Shown here: positions 13,423 to 25,989 of the stretch, in pieces
Layout: the number at the start of each line of letters is the position of its first letter
Position numbering within the stretch: position 1 is the first letter of the stretch
NCBI RefSeq assembly: GCF_963921235.1
Contig: NC_086101.1
Coordinates: 10,852,001-10,916,000 of the forward strand
Direction of reading: 5' to 3'
DNA from: Mobula hypostoma
Lineage: Eukaryota
DNA: 64,000 bases
Notes under the pieces: generated by a model
What the model saw: only the letters and a program-made list of their open reading frames with translations
What the model was told of the DNA's origin: nothing
The model's database searches: none
Program-made: the position numbers and the translations under genes

Positions 13423-14458
13423 CCTGGAGGAACAATGATGTTGAATGCTGAACTGCAGTCCAAGAACAGCATTCTCACGTAAGGAAGGGTGAAGAAGCCC
13501 GCAAGAAGATGGGTGGTGGGTAAGGAGTACAATTTAGAGGCTGGTAGTTGAAGGCAGGTGAGGGAAGAGACTGATGGATGAGGGAGGGAGTTGAAGTGTG
13601 AAGAGGGGAGGTGATAAATGGTAAAAGGCTGAAGCAGAGGGAATCTTGTAGGATAGGAGAGTGGATCATGGGAGATCAGGAAGGTAGTGAGCTGATAAGC
13701 AGGATAGGAGAAGCAGAATGGGGAATGGAAAAAGAGAGAAGAGGGAGGGCATCAGCCAGGTGAAAGGCAGGTTAGAAGAGAAGGGGTAAAAGGGGAGTCA
13801 GAATGGGGAATGGAAAAAGAGAGGGGGAGGGAGGAGAAATTGATATTCATGGCATCAGCTATGAAGATACCCAGACGGAATATCAGGTATTGTTGCTCCA
13901 ACATGAGAGTGGCCTCATTGTGCCAGGAGAGGAGGCTCAATATGGTGGAATGGGAATGGGAACAATGTTCATGTTCTTCTACAGCAACTGTTGGTAATGG
14001 TTTATGTGTCGTCATTTAATCCTTGACCCTAACATAGACCCACAATGTATTTCCTCACTTGGCTCTTCTCTCTGACACCTGTCAGCACTTCAACATTTTT
14101 TTGTCTCTGATGCGAGACCATCAACCATGAGTTTGATGATCCTCTCCGCAGCTGCCTGACCCTCTGAGTGTTCCCCATTCTTTCAGATCTCCGGCATCTG
14201 AAGCAAAGTCATTGTCCTGAAAACTTGTTCTAATATACCACTGGTCTGTCTTTTCAGAGCTGGAACTTCAGAAATTCATCGTAGAATCTGGTAACAGTTC
14301 AATATTGAAATATTCAGAAACTACAAGAATTAGCCATTTTATTTAATAAAATCAATCTTTCTATCTGTTAGGATGAATTATTTAAATCCTTCATGACATA
14401 GCTCTGTTTAGAGATTCATAAATTAAGAATAATAAACTAATTCCCTGTATTTTACAAC
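13423..14458 (+). repeat. Intragenic direct duplication of 1793-~2310 plus ~6550-6959/8478-8535
   Basis: Shares the Rex-to-Penelope junction (CAGCATTCTCACGTAAGGAAGGGTGAAG), the unique intron flanks and the micro-exon with copy 1; lacks the CR1s and Tc1 present in copy 1. Confidence 0.9.
14258..14290 (+). CDS. Butyrophilin-like gene, juxtamembrane micro-exon B (33-bp duplicate of exon A)
   Basis: Acceptor tctgtcttttcAG and donor G|GTAAC; encodes (E)LELQKFIVES with no stop. Its inclusion in the mRNA is not demonstrable from DNA. Confidence 0.6.
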
Positions 14459-15735
14459 TGTAACGCTCAGGGCTATCGGTTTGTGTTTGTCTAGGGGAAA
14501 CCCCGTCCGCTTGCCAAACCGTGTCTGACGTTTGCGTAGTTGCTGTGTAATGCACGCTGGTACAAACTCACACATCAAATATCAGACAGCACACAATTTA
14601 CAGATTACAGGTTACACTTTATAAATCTCACTGGAACAATGTAATTAATAGAGATACAATATAAAAGGAAAGTAAAAGGCGCCAAACTTATTAACGGGGT
14701 CTTCGTTCCACCATTCAATCTCCTCCGACCTCCTCGACCCGCCAGCTGGGACCAACCACTGTGGTCACCAGAGCACGTCCAGCACGTCCTTCCTCTTTGG
14801 TTCTCCTCCCGAAAAGCCCGCGCACTGACCCAGGTTCCCACACATACAGATAGAATAATATAGCTTCCATTGGTTAGTTCCTCCATTATCTATAACTATA
14901 ACACAAACATTTCGACTACAGAGAACATTACCTTATAGTTAACATTACCAAGAACCCATTTCATTATTACACTTCAGAGAAGCCATTTTATAATTAGCAG
15001 TTAACAGTTAACATTACAGTTAATATTACTCAGAACCCTACATTCTCCCCCCCCCCCCACCAAATTAGGTCATGCCCTCATGACATTCAGATAATTCTCC
15101 AACCCTTCCTGAAGAACACACAGCCCAATCCAAGTGCAGAAAGCAGTGACATAACTCCCCAAAACACCAGAGATCACACCCGGCTCCCCAGGCGCTACAT
15201 AGGCCAACCTCTCCGGGGGGTGGGTGCTCCTTGGTACATCGCTGGGAACATGTTCCCCAAGAGACACCAGGCCGTTCCCTCACTGGGTCTCCTCTAAATT
15301 TCCCGACACCTCTCCCTGCTCAGATGCCCGAGGACTCCCCCTCTGAGGGGCTTTCTGCTGCCCACATCCCTGCCGGAAGTGTCCCTCTTCCCCACAGTTA
15401 TAGTACACCCCTGCCACTCACATTCTCTCCAAAAATGTCCCTCTTTTCCACAGTTATATCACACGCTACCGGCCTCCCCTCTTCTCGCGGACCCCCCACC
15501 ACTCGCAGCCCTCTGCGCTGTCCGTCCGCTGGGGTGGGCCCTGCCTACCGACCCCTCAGTCCTGAGCTTGGCCACCACCTCCTTTATCAATTTCCGGGTG
15601 GAGCCGGCTCCGTTCACTTCACCACCAGGGGCTACACGTGAGGATTTCACCCCACTGACAGAGTCCTGCGGCCTCAACACGTTTTCATCCCCCCTCACAT
15701 CTCTGATCAGCTGAATGAACGACAGAGGAGGGTGC
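14459..15735 (-). mobile_element. Gypsy LTR retrotransposon 3' remnant: LTR 14459-15042, PPT, pol tail
   Basis: TGTA...TACA termini; C-run/TTCT at 15043-15059 reads as a purine tract on the minus strand; downstream peptide PRSTHPPERLAY resembles Gypsy integrase tails. Confidence 0.7.
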
Positions 15736-18700
15736 CTTCCCCTCTCACACCTCCCCCTCTTACACCTCCCCTCTCTCTACCTCCCCCTCTCTCTATATCA
15801 TCCCCTGTCCGACTGCCCCACTCTTCAACTCCCACTTGCTAACTCCCCCCCCGAGCAGCCCACCCCAAGCAGTCCCACCCTAGATCCCCCTTCCCAAAAT
15901 CCCCCTGTCTCTAACTCCCCCTTCTCCAAACCCACTTGCTAACTCCCCCCTCCCGAACAGCACACCTCCCATGCAGCCTCCCCCTAGCAGACCCCCCTCG
16001 AGCAGCACCCCACCGAGCAGCCCCCCAAGATCTCTCTCCCCGAATCCTCCTCTCGAAATCCCCTTCCCTCTAGCACCCCCTCACGAACACAACCTTTCTC
16101 TAAATGCCCCTCTCTCTCACTGCTGCTCCGTCTCACTGACCCCTCCCCTAACTGACCCCTCAAGTCCCCCTCCCTAACTCCCCCTCCCCTAACTCTCCCT
16201 CCCCTAACTCCACCCCTCCTAACTCCACCCCTCCCTAACTCCAACCATCCCTAACTCACCCCCTTCTTAACTCACCCATCCCTAAATCACCCCCTAACAG
16301 CCCTCTTTAACACCATTCTCTAAATCACCCTTTCTCCGACTACCCTCTCTCCCACTACCCCCTCTCCAAATCCCCCCTTCCAAATCACCCTTCTCCAATT
16401 ACCCCCTCCCAAGCAGCACCCTTCCCGTGCAGCCTCGCCCCAAGCACACCCCCCTGAACAGCCCCCCCGACAGCCCCCTCCATGATCCCCCTCTCTCTCT
16501 GCCTCTCTCTCTCTCTCTCTGCCCCCCTCTCTCTCTCTGCCCCCTCTCTCTCTGCCCCTCTCTCTCTCTGCCCCCCTCTCTCTCTCTGCCCCCTCTCTCT
16601 CTCTGCCACCCCTCTCTCTCTGCCTCTCTCTCTCTGCCTCTCTCTCTCTCTGCCTCTCTCTCTCTCTGCCTCTCTCTCTCTCTGCCTCTCTCTCTCTCTC
16701 TCTGCCGCTCTCTCTCTGCCCTTCTCTCTCTGCCCTTCTCTCTCTGCCCCCCTCTCTCTCTCTGCCCCTCTCTCTGCCTCTCTCTCTCTCTGCCCTCCTC
16801 TCTCTCTCTGCCCCCCTCTCTCTCTGCCCCTCTCTCTCTCTGCCCCTCTCTCTCTCTCTGCCCCCCTCTCTCTCTGCCACCCCTCTCTCTCTGCCCCTCT
16901 CTCTCTCTGCCTCTCTCTCTCTCTGCCACCCTCTCTCTCTCTCTGCCCCTCTCTCTCTCTGCCCCTCTCTCTCTCTCTGCCTCTCTCTCTCTCTCTGCCT
17001 CTCTCTCTCTCTGCCGCTCTCTCTCTGCCCCCCTCTCTCTCTGCCTCTCTCTCTCTCTCTGCCGCTCTCTCTCTGCCTCTCTCTCTCTGCCTCCCTCTCT
17101 CTCTGCCGCTCTCTCTCTGCCTCTCTCTCTCTGCCTCCCTCTCTCTCTGCCGCTCTCTCTCTGCCCTTCTCTCTCTCTGCCCTTCTCTCTCTGCCCCCCT
17201 CTCTCTCTCTGCCCCTCTCTCTGCCTCTCTCTCTCTGCCCTCCTCTCTCTCTCTGCCCCCCTCTCTCTCTGCCCCTCTCTCTCTCTGCCCCTCTCTCTCT
17301 CTCTGCCCCCTTCTCTCTCTGCCACCCCTCTCTCTCTGCCCCTCTCTCTCTCTGCCTCTCTCTCTCTCTGCCACCCTCTCTCTCTCTCTGCCCCTCTCTC
17401 TCTCTCTGCCCCTCTCTCTCTCTCTGCCTCTCTCTCTCTCTGCCCCCCTCTCTCTCTGCCCCCTCTCTCTCTGTCTCTCTTCTCTCTGCCCCCCCCCTCT
17501 GCCCCCTCTCTCTCTGTCTCTCTTCTCTCTGCCCCCCCTCTCTCTCTGCCCCCCTCTCTCTCTCTGCCGCCCTCCCTGCCCCGCGCCCTCTCTCACTGTG
17601 CCCCCTCTCTCTACCCCCTACTCTAACCACCCCACTCTGACCACCCCACTGTAACCCCCCCACCCTACACACCATGATTTTAAACCGCTCTCTCATACCC
17701 CCCGCACTGCCTTGTCCCCGCTCTCTAAATCTTCACCAATCTCTCCGCCCACTCTCTTCCCCAATCGTTATCCCCCCACTCATTCTACCCCTTCTCTCAG
17801 TACCCACTCTGTCTACCCCTCTCCAACCACCACCAACTACCCCCACTTTCTCTAAACCCACTCACTATCCCCCTTCTCTTTACACTCCCTCTACCCCACT
17901 ATCTGTGTCCCCCCTCTCTGTCCTGCCACTCTGCCCCACCCTCTGCCCCCCTCTGTCCCCCTTCTCTCTGCCGCCCCTCTCTCTGTCTGCCCTCTCACTC
18001 TGTCCCTCCTCTCTCTCTGTCCCCCTTTCTCTCTCCCTCTTTGTCCCCCATCTCTTTCTCTCTCTGGCCCCCACCACTCTCTCTGTCCCTCTCTCTCTCT
18101 CTCTCTCTGTGTCCTTCCCCCTCTCTCTGTCCCCCCATCTCTCTCTCGGTCCCCCACCTCTCTATGTACCCCCCTCTCTCTGTCCCCCCCATCTCTCTCT
18201 GTACCACCTCTCTCTGTCCACCCTTTCTCTCTCTGACCCCCCTCTCTCTTTGTCCCCCATCTCTCTCTGCCCCCCTCTCTCTCTCTTCCCCTCTCTCTCT
18301 CTTCCCCCTCTCTCTCTGTACCACCTCTCTCTCTGTCCCCCATCTCTCCCACTCTGTCCCCTCTCTCTCACTGTCCCTGTCACTCTGACCCCCCTGCTCC
18401 CTCTCCCCTCGTACCTGGCCAACCACCCTCTCCACTCCACTCCTCTCTCTGACCACCTTCTCTCCACCCCCCATCTCTGCAACCTCCCATCTGCCCCCTC
18501 TCAGCAACCCTATCTCCCACACACTCTTTCTGTCTCCCCCCACTCTCTCCCCCTCACTCCCTCTCTACCCCTCTTCCCCTCTCTCTCCCTCTCCCCCTCC
18601 CTTTCTCTCCCCTCTCCCCCTCTCACCCCCACTCTCTTCAACCCCTCTCTACCCCCCTCTTTCTAGACCCTCTCCCCCTCGAACCTTTGCTCTCTATACC

Positions 18701-20228
18701 CCATCTCTCTAACTATCCTCTCTCTATCTAACCCCCTTCTCTCTAACACCCCTCTCTCTAATCCCTGTACTCCAACTTCTCTCTCTAAACCTTTCTCTGA
18801 CCTCTCTCTCATTAACCCTCTCTCACTAACCCCCTCCAACCTCCACTCTCTAAACCCCCTCACACCTCCTCTGCTTGCCCTCTCTCTGTACTCAGCTCTG
18901 TGAACCCCTCTCCCTGTGTACCCTTCTCTCTCTACACTCTCTCTACCCCCTACCCCCACCTCTAACCCCCATCCTCTACATCCCCACTCACCCTCTCACA
19001 CCGGCTCTCACCCCCACCCTCCAACTCCCCTCTCCACCCCCTCTCCAACTCTCCCTACCCCCTCTCCACCCCTTACCCCTCTCTACCCCTACCCACCTCT
19101 ACCCACCCCCTATACCCACCTTTCTACCCCTCTCTGCCCTCCTTCTCTACCCCCCTCTACACCCCATCTACACTCTCGACCAACTCCCTCTCTACCACCC
19201 AACTCTACACCCCCCTCTCTCTAATTCCCCCCTCTCTCTAATTCCCCCCCTCTGAAAACCGCTCCCTCTCTCCAATTACCTCTCACTCTCTCTAATAATC
19301 CGTCCCTTTCTCTAAAAACCCCTCAGTCTCTCCAAACCCCCACTCTCTATCACCCTCTCTGAACTCCCGTTTCTGCATCCTCCTCTCTCCAACCCCATAT
19401 CATACCCTCTCTAGACCCCCGACTCTCCCAACACTCTCTCTCCAACACCCTCTCTCCAACCCACAGTTTACCCCCTTCTACCCGCTCCCCTACAGCCCCC
19501 TCTACACCCCACCCTACACACCCCCTCTACACCCCCCTTCTACACCCCACTTCTAAACCCACTCTAAACCTCTTCCCCCTCTCTCTAACCCCCGTCTCTG
19601 CATCCACTCTCTCATCACCCACTCTCCCTGACTCCCTCTCTCTCCCTCCCTCTCTCTCCCTCCCTCTCTCTCCCTCCATCTCTCTTCCTCCCTCTCTCTT
19701 TCTTACTCTCTCTTCTTTCTCTTCCCCTCTCTCTCTTCCTTACTCTTTCTTCCCCTCTCTCTTCCTGACTCTCTCTTCCTCCCTCACTCCCTATCTCCCT
19801 CCCACTCTCTCCTTCACCCAGGCCTTCTCTCTCCCTCCATCTCTCTGCTTTCCCTACCCTCCCTCTCTCTTCCCAGCTCTCCAGTGCTCTCTCCTTCCTC
19901 CCCCTACCTCGCCTCTCTCCCCTTCACCGTCCCTTCCCCTCTTCCCCCACATCTTCAACCCCTCTTCCCCCCTTTTCCCACCCCCTGCCCCACCTCTCTC
20001 TTCTGCCTCTCCTCCCCTTGTCCTCTCACTCCCTCCCCTCCCACTCTCTCTTCCACCCCTTCTCTCTTCTGTTCCCCCTCTTCCGTCCCCCTCTTCTGAC
20101 CCCCTCTTCCACCTCCCCTTCTCTTCTGCCTCCCCTTCCACCTCCCCTTCTCTTCTCCTCTCCCTCTCACTCCCTCCTCTCTCCCTTCTCTCCCCCTCTC
20201 TCTCCAGCCCTCTCTCCCCCCTCTCAGA
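15736..20228. repeat. C-rich polypyrimidine tract 3, including a (CT)nGC(C) microsatellite of about 1.1 kb at ~16485-17570
   Basis: Direct reading; sub-blocks are homologous to tract 2. Confidence 0.92.
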
Positions 20229-20825
20229 CATGAGTCATTTCCTGATGAAGAAAGCGAGGGATAGGAGTTAGTTCAGGAGTTCGATGTACTCTTCTCATTG
20301 CACCCTCCACCAACATTGTGGATACACACTCCATGCGGCAGCAATAGCTCGAGCCAATTCTACAGCTCATTCGCTTTGAGAATTTCTCCCATTGATGGTG
20401 GGATTGGTAAACATTCCCTGCACTGGGAGGGAATTACTGCATCATCCGTCCACTCCCAGACAAGATGATAGTGGACTTGGTTAAGCCCAGGGATCCTGGC
20501 TCATCAGACAGCAAAGCCTCCTTTGCCAGTGATCTACAGCGGGATCTCCAACCTTCACCATCCATATTTTCAGGTAGTTGTATAAATAAATGAGTGACTG
20601 TTTCCTCCCAAATCCTGTCAGCAAGTTTCTATCAGCAGGTCCAAACTTTAACGGGGATGTGGCTGAATTCTGCAGTGACAATCATTTACCATCAGTGGAT
20701 GTCAGGGCTGAATTCTTTTTATGATCCACATTCTCAGCTTCAGCCGTCCGGCAGATGAGCTTTACCTGTGAGATGGACTGACGTGTAAATTTGGTCAGGA
20801 TTTTCTGTTCAACTGCGTGGATGGA

Positions 20826-21140
20826 AATTGAATTGAATTGGAATTGGTTTATTACTGTAACAAGCACCAGAAATTTGTCTTGCATGCTGTTCATACAGAT
20901 TAATTAATGACACAGTGAATTGATAGAACAAGGTAAAACAATAACATGCAGAGAAAAGTGTACCAGCTCCAGAGCCAGTGCAGTGCAGGTAAATGATAAG
21001 GAGCAAGACCATATTGAAGTAGATTGTGAGATCAAGAGTGCATCTTATTGTACTAGGAAATCATTCAATGGTCTTATAAGAGCAGGGTAGAAGCTGTCCT
21101 TCAGGCTGCTTTCAGGCTTTTGTATCTTCCACCCCATGGG
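20826..21140 (-). mobile_element. LINE 3' end (Rex/Babar-like) with (CAATT)n tail
   Basis: AATTGAATTGAATTGGAATTGGTTTATT reads on the minus strand as AATAAA followed by a short tandem tail. Confidence 0.5.
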
Positions 21141-21352
21141 AAATGGTGATGGTGGAGACTGAGATTCTGGGATCTCCGTTTGGGAAAGTTACTGACATGG
21201 TCCTTGATGATAAACATTTACCTTCTGACCTACAAGTGGTGATGCAGAATTAGGAGCTCCTATTATGTATCTAAAGCTGTTTCATGTGAAATTAATGGCA
21301 CACTAAATCCACAAGAGATTTCTTCAGTCGTGTCTGTTCTTTCTGTTTTCAG

Positions 21353-21379
21353 AGTGGAAGAGGATATGTGGCCATGAAG
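21353..21379 (+). CDS. Butyrophilin-like gene, 27-bp exon preceding B30.2
   Basis: Acceptor tctttctgttttcAG and strong donor AAG|GTAAG; encodes (E)WKRICGHE(V), comparable to the short W-basic exon that precedes B30.2 in BTN/TRIM genes. Confidence 0.8.
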
Positions 21380-21589
21380 GTAAGATCTTGTGTTACTAGA
21401 CTGAGAGGTTTAGTATAAACAGCTTTTTGAAAATGAATCAGTCCTGGTGTAATGGGAGGTATTCAGGAGGTTGAAGGAGTTCAGGGTGATGTGTTCTCAC
21501 AAAGGTGGAAAAAGTCATGTGGCATGATTGCATTCATAGGTCAAAGCATAGAATATAAATTTTGTATGCTTTGTTTGCAAATGTGAAGA

Positions 21590-24500
21590 TTTGCTGGTAC
21601 TGCTCTGTGCTGGGTGGAGAGGTGTAAACTAGTCTTGCAGGGCGATGGGAACCAAAGTGCCAGAGCAGATCTGGAGTGGTTGTGGGAAAAGATGCTGTTA
21701 ACACTACATACAAAGACAGCAATTGGAAGGTTGAGTATGGTGGGAAGAATGTTCTGAGTTGCATCCATTTCAATGCAAGAAGTATTGTACGTAAGGCGGG
21801 TGAGTTTAAAGCGTGAATCAGCACGTGGAATTATGACATTGTAGCCATTGGTTGGAGGAGGGGCAGGACCAGCAGCTCAGTGTTCCCGGTTCCATTGTTT
21901 TTGACATAGGAACATAGGAAAAATTGCCAAATATGACAGAGCACAAGGGGAAAAACTGGTATTACTAGCCAGGGAACAATGTTACTGTAGTTCTCAGGCA
22001 GGACAGACTGGAGGGCTTGTCTACTGAGGCTATATGGGTGGAACTGGGGAATCAGAAATTTATGACCATGTTGATGGGATTATATTGTAGACCACCCTAA
22101 AGTCTGCAGGATTTACAGGAGCAAATTCATAGAGAGATCGCAGACAGTTGGGTGGGATAGAGATCATCAAATGTGTCAGGATGTTTTCCTTAACAGGTAG
22201 ATGTCCAAGTAGAGAGAATGCAATACTGGATCTCCTATCAGGTAATTAGGTGACAAGAGTGTGTGACGGGATTTGGATCCACTGATCATAATCCCATTAG
22301 TTTCAAGGTAATTATGGAGAAGGATAAGTCTAATCCTCAAATTGAGATTCTATTTTAGTAAAAGGCCAACTGGTTAATATCCGAAGGGATCTGGCAAGTG
22401 TGGATTGGGACAGGTTGTTTTCTGTCAAAGCTGTATTTGGTAAGTGGGAGACCTCTAAAATTTTGAGAGTACAGAATTTGTATGTTCCTATGTGAATAAA
22501 AGGCAAAGCTAAAAGGTTCAGGAAATTTTGTTTTTGTGGAAAATGAGGCTCTTGTTAAGAAGAACGAGGCAGGTTCAGGCAGCAAGGAACAAATCAGGTA
22601 CTTGAGTCTAAGAAATGCAAGCAAACACTTGAGAGGAAATCAGGAGGCTAAAATAAGCCATGAAGTTGCTCCAGCGGACAAGGTGAAAAAGAATCCCAAA
22701 GACTTCTACAGATATGTGAAGAACAAAAGAATAGCACGGGACAAAACTGACCCACTTGAAGATCAGTGTGGCATCCGTGCATGGAGCCTAAAGAGATGGA
22801 GGGAAATCTTAAATGGATTTTTTACATCTGTATTTATTCAGGAGATGGACAAAGTCTCTGGAAGTGAGGCAAAACAGCAGGGAGATCATGGACCGTATGG
22901 AGCTGACAGAGGAGGATGTGTTGCTGAACTGAGGCAAATTAGGGTCAATAAAGACCCAGGTCTTGACAAAGTCCCCCTTCAGACCATGTGGGATGTGAGT
23001 GCAGAAATTGCAGAGATTCTAACAGAGGTATTTAAAGCATCCTTAGCAACAAGGGAGCTGTCAGAGGATTGAAGGAGAGTTAATGTTCCGTTATTTAAAA
23101 CAGGTGCTAAGAATAGGCCAGGAAATTACAGGCAGCTGAGTCAGCCCTCAATAGTGGGTAAGTTATTCTAAGGGAAAGGACATTGCAGTGTTTGGAGACG
23201 GATTGATTAGGGATAGTCGACTTTGTGTGTAGTAACACATCTTGGGAGTTCATTCAAGAGGGTTCAGCCACCTGCCATTCAGGATGAGGTAGCAAATTGG
23301 ATTTGACATTTGCCTCATGGGAGAAGCCAGTGATGTTCCACATGTAGTAAGTAATTGCCTGTCTGACTGGAGGCCTGTGACTAGTGGAGTGCTGCCGGGA
23401 TCGGTGAAAGGTACATTATTGTTTGTCTTGTGTAACACCGATCCGGATGATAATATGATAAACTGCAACAGCAAATTTTCAGATGACACCAAGATTGGGG
23501 GTTTGATGGACAGGGAGGAAGGCTATCAAAGCTTACAGCAGGATGGACCAACTGGAAAAATGGGCTGAAAAATGACAGATGAAATTTCATGCAGACAAGT
23601 GTGAGGTGTTGTACTTTGGAAGGACTAACCAGGGTGGGACTTGCAGGGTCAGGGGTAGGACACTGAGGAACAGAGGGATCTAAGAATACAGATGTTTATT
23701 TGCATGAAAGTAGTGCCACAGGTTGTAAAGAGTTTCTGATATATTGGCCTTCATGAATCATAAATTGAGTGCAGGAGCTGCAACCCTAATGTGTGCAATG
23801 TGAGGCCAGGTCTGGAGTATTATCCGAAGTTCTGGCCACCCACCTACAGGAAAACAGGTACAGAGAAAACTTGCATGGCTCTTAACAGGGCTTGAGGACC
23901 AACCTGAGTTATCAGGCAGAGTTAAATAGATTAGGACTTTATTCCACTGGGCGTAGGAGAATGAGGGGCAATTTGACAGAAGTGTACACAATTATGAGGG
24001 GTATAGATAGGGTAAATGCACGCAGACATTTTCACTGAGGTTGAGTGAGACTAGAACTAGAGAGCACAGGACAAGAACCATCCTCCATAATTATCTTGAA
24101 ACTAATGGAATTATGATCATTTGATCAAAAGTGTTCCCCTCCACACACTTGCATCGCCCGCCTTGTTTCTTTCCCTATCACACATTCTTTAGTTGCAACC
24201 TCTGTATATTGATTAAGGAACGTTTCCTGAACACAGTTGACAAACTCAGTCACATCCAGCCCTTTCACAGATGGGAAATCCCAGACAATATAAGGAAATA
24301 TAAAATCACTCACAATCAATTGTACTAGGCAATGAACCAGGGCAGGTGACAGATCACTCAGTGGGTGGACTTTTTGGAGACGGTGACCACAACTCCCTCA
24401 CTTTTCCGATAGCCTTGGACAGGGATTTGAGCAGCCAGTGTAACTGGAGGATGGTGAGTTATGATGCTATTAGGTGGGAACTTGGGATTGTCAACTGGGA

Positions 24501-25860
24501 ATGGTGGTACAACGGGAAATGCACAATATAGATATGGTGTTTGTTTAGGAAGAACTTGGATGGGTTCATGGACAGGTTTGTCCCATGGAGACAGTGAAAT
24601 GGTGGGAGGGTGAAGAAACCGTGGTTGACAAGACATGTAGAACATCAGGTTAAGAGGAAGCAGGAAGTTTATTTCCAGTTTTGGGAAGCAAAGATCAGAC
24701 GGGGCTCTAGAGAGTTACAAGATAGCCAGGAAGGAGCTGAAAACTGGACTGAAGAGAGTTAGAAGACACAAGAAGGCCTTGATGAGTAGGATTAAGGAAA
24801 ACCCCAAGGCATTGTACACATTGTGAAGAACAGGAGGATAACTAGAGTGAAGGGAGGTCCAATCAAAGATAGAAGTGAAAACATGCCTGGAGTCAGAGGA
24901 GGTTGGAAGGGTCTTTAATGAAGACTTTGCTTTAGTATTAACTACTGAGAGAGAGACAATGATTTTTCTGAGAACAGCACAAAACAGGCTGATATGCTAG
25001 AACATTGACATTCAGAAAGAGGATGTGCTGGTTGTTTAGTAAAGTATTAGGATGGATAAGACCACAGTCTATACCACAGGTTACTATGGGAAGTGAGGGA
25101 AGAGATTTCTGTGTCATTGGCGGTTATCTTTGTCTCCTCATTTGTCACAGTAGTGGTGCCATATGCCTGGAGAGTGGCATATTAAACTAATTTGACAGGG
25201 GGATGGGAACCGGAGTGATCGTGCTGAGGATGAGGGAGTTGGTTTACAAACAGAGGCAGTGTGCAATGAGACTCCTGGCAAGGAGAGGCTGATGATAGCG
25301 GAAAATTGCAGTCAATAGGGTGAGATGTAATGTAAAAAGTGGGCACAATCAAACAGACTGAATACAGGACTGAAGGTGTTATATTTGAATGTGTGCAGTA
25401 TACAGAATAAGGTAACACAGTTACCGATTGACAAGAATCATGATGTAGGCATCACTGATCGTGGCTGAAAGAAGATCATAGCTGTGACCTTAATGTCCAA
25501 GGAAGCACTTTGTATCGAAAGGACAGGCAGGAAGGCAGAGGGGGCTGCATGGCTCTGTTGGTAAAAAAAAATGAAATCAAATCATTAGTAAGAGGGGATA
25601 TCAGATTGGAAGCTGTTGAATAATTGTAGACAGAGCTTTGGAATGGCAAGGGTAAAAAGACCCTGATGGGAGTTGTATACAAACCCTCAATCAGTAATAA
25701 GTGGTCTGCAAGCTACAACACGAGATAGAAGGAGCATGCCAAAAGGGTAATATTACAAGGGGGGTGGGTTTCAATATGCAGGTCAATTGGGAAAACCAGG
25801 TTGGTGCGGGATTTCTGCACCCCTCATAATCTTATATATTTCTGTCAGATCACCCCTCAG
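21590..25860 (+). mobile_element. Mosaic of old, degraded CR1 fragments (mostly +; short - pieces near 24070-24330 and 25815-25860)
   Basis: Recognisable FNARSI, K.NPK.FY.Y, GVLPGSV and KFSDDTK remnants with many indels. Confidence 0.85.
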
Positions 25861-25989
25861 CCCATTTACCAGCATTTGGCCCGTATCCTTCAAAACCTTC
25901 TCTGTCATCATTTCACTGTCCCAGGCCTCAGCTCCTCTTCTGTGCCAGTACTACAGGGCCCTCAATTCCCCCATGTTACAGAAGATAAT

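Noticed and set aside
9094..20233. Dozens of long Pro/Ser/Leu or Glu/Arg/Gly ORFs, up to 458 aa
   Set aside because: They are translations of C-rich and (CT)n tracts that lack stop codons by composition; they are open in many frames and show no domain.
20229..20820. Unique-looking segment as an extra exon or antisense gene
   Set aside because: No convincing acceptor-donor pair with an open frame and no recognisable peptide; additional micro-exons cannot be excluded.
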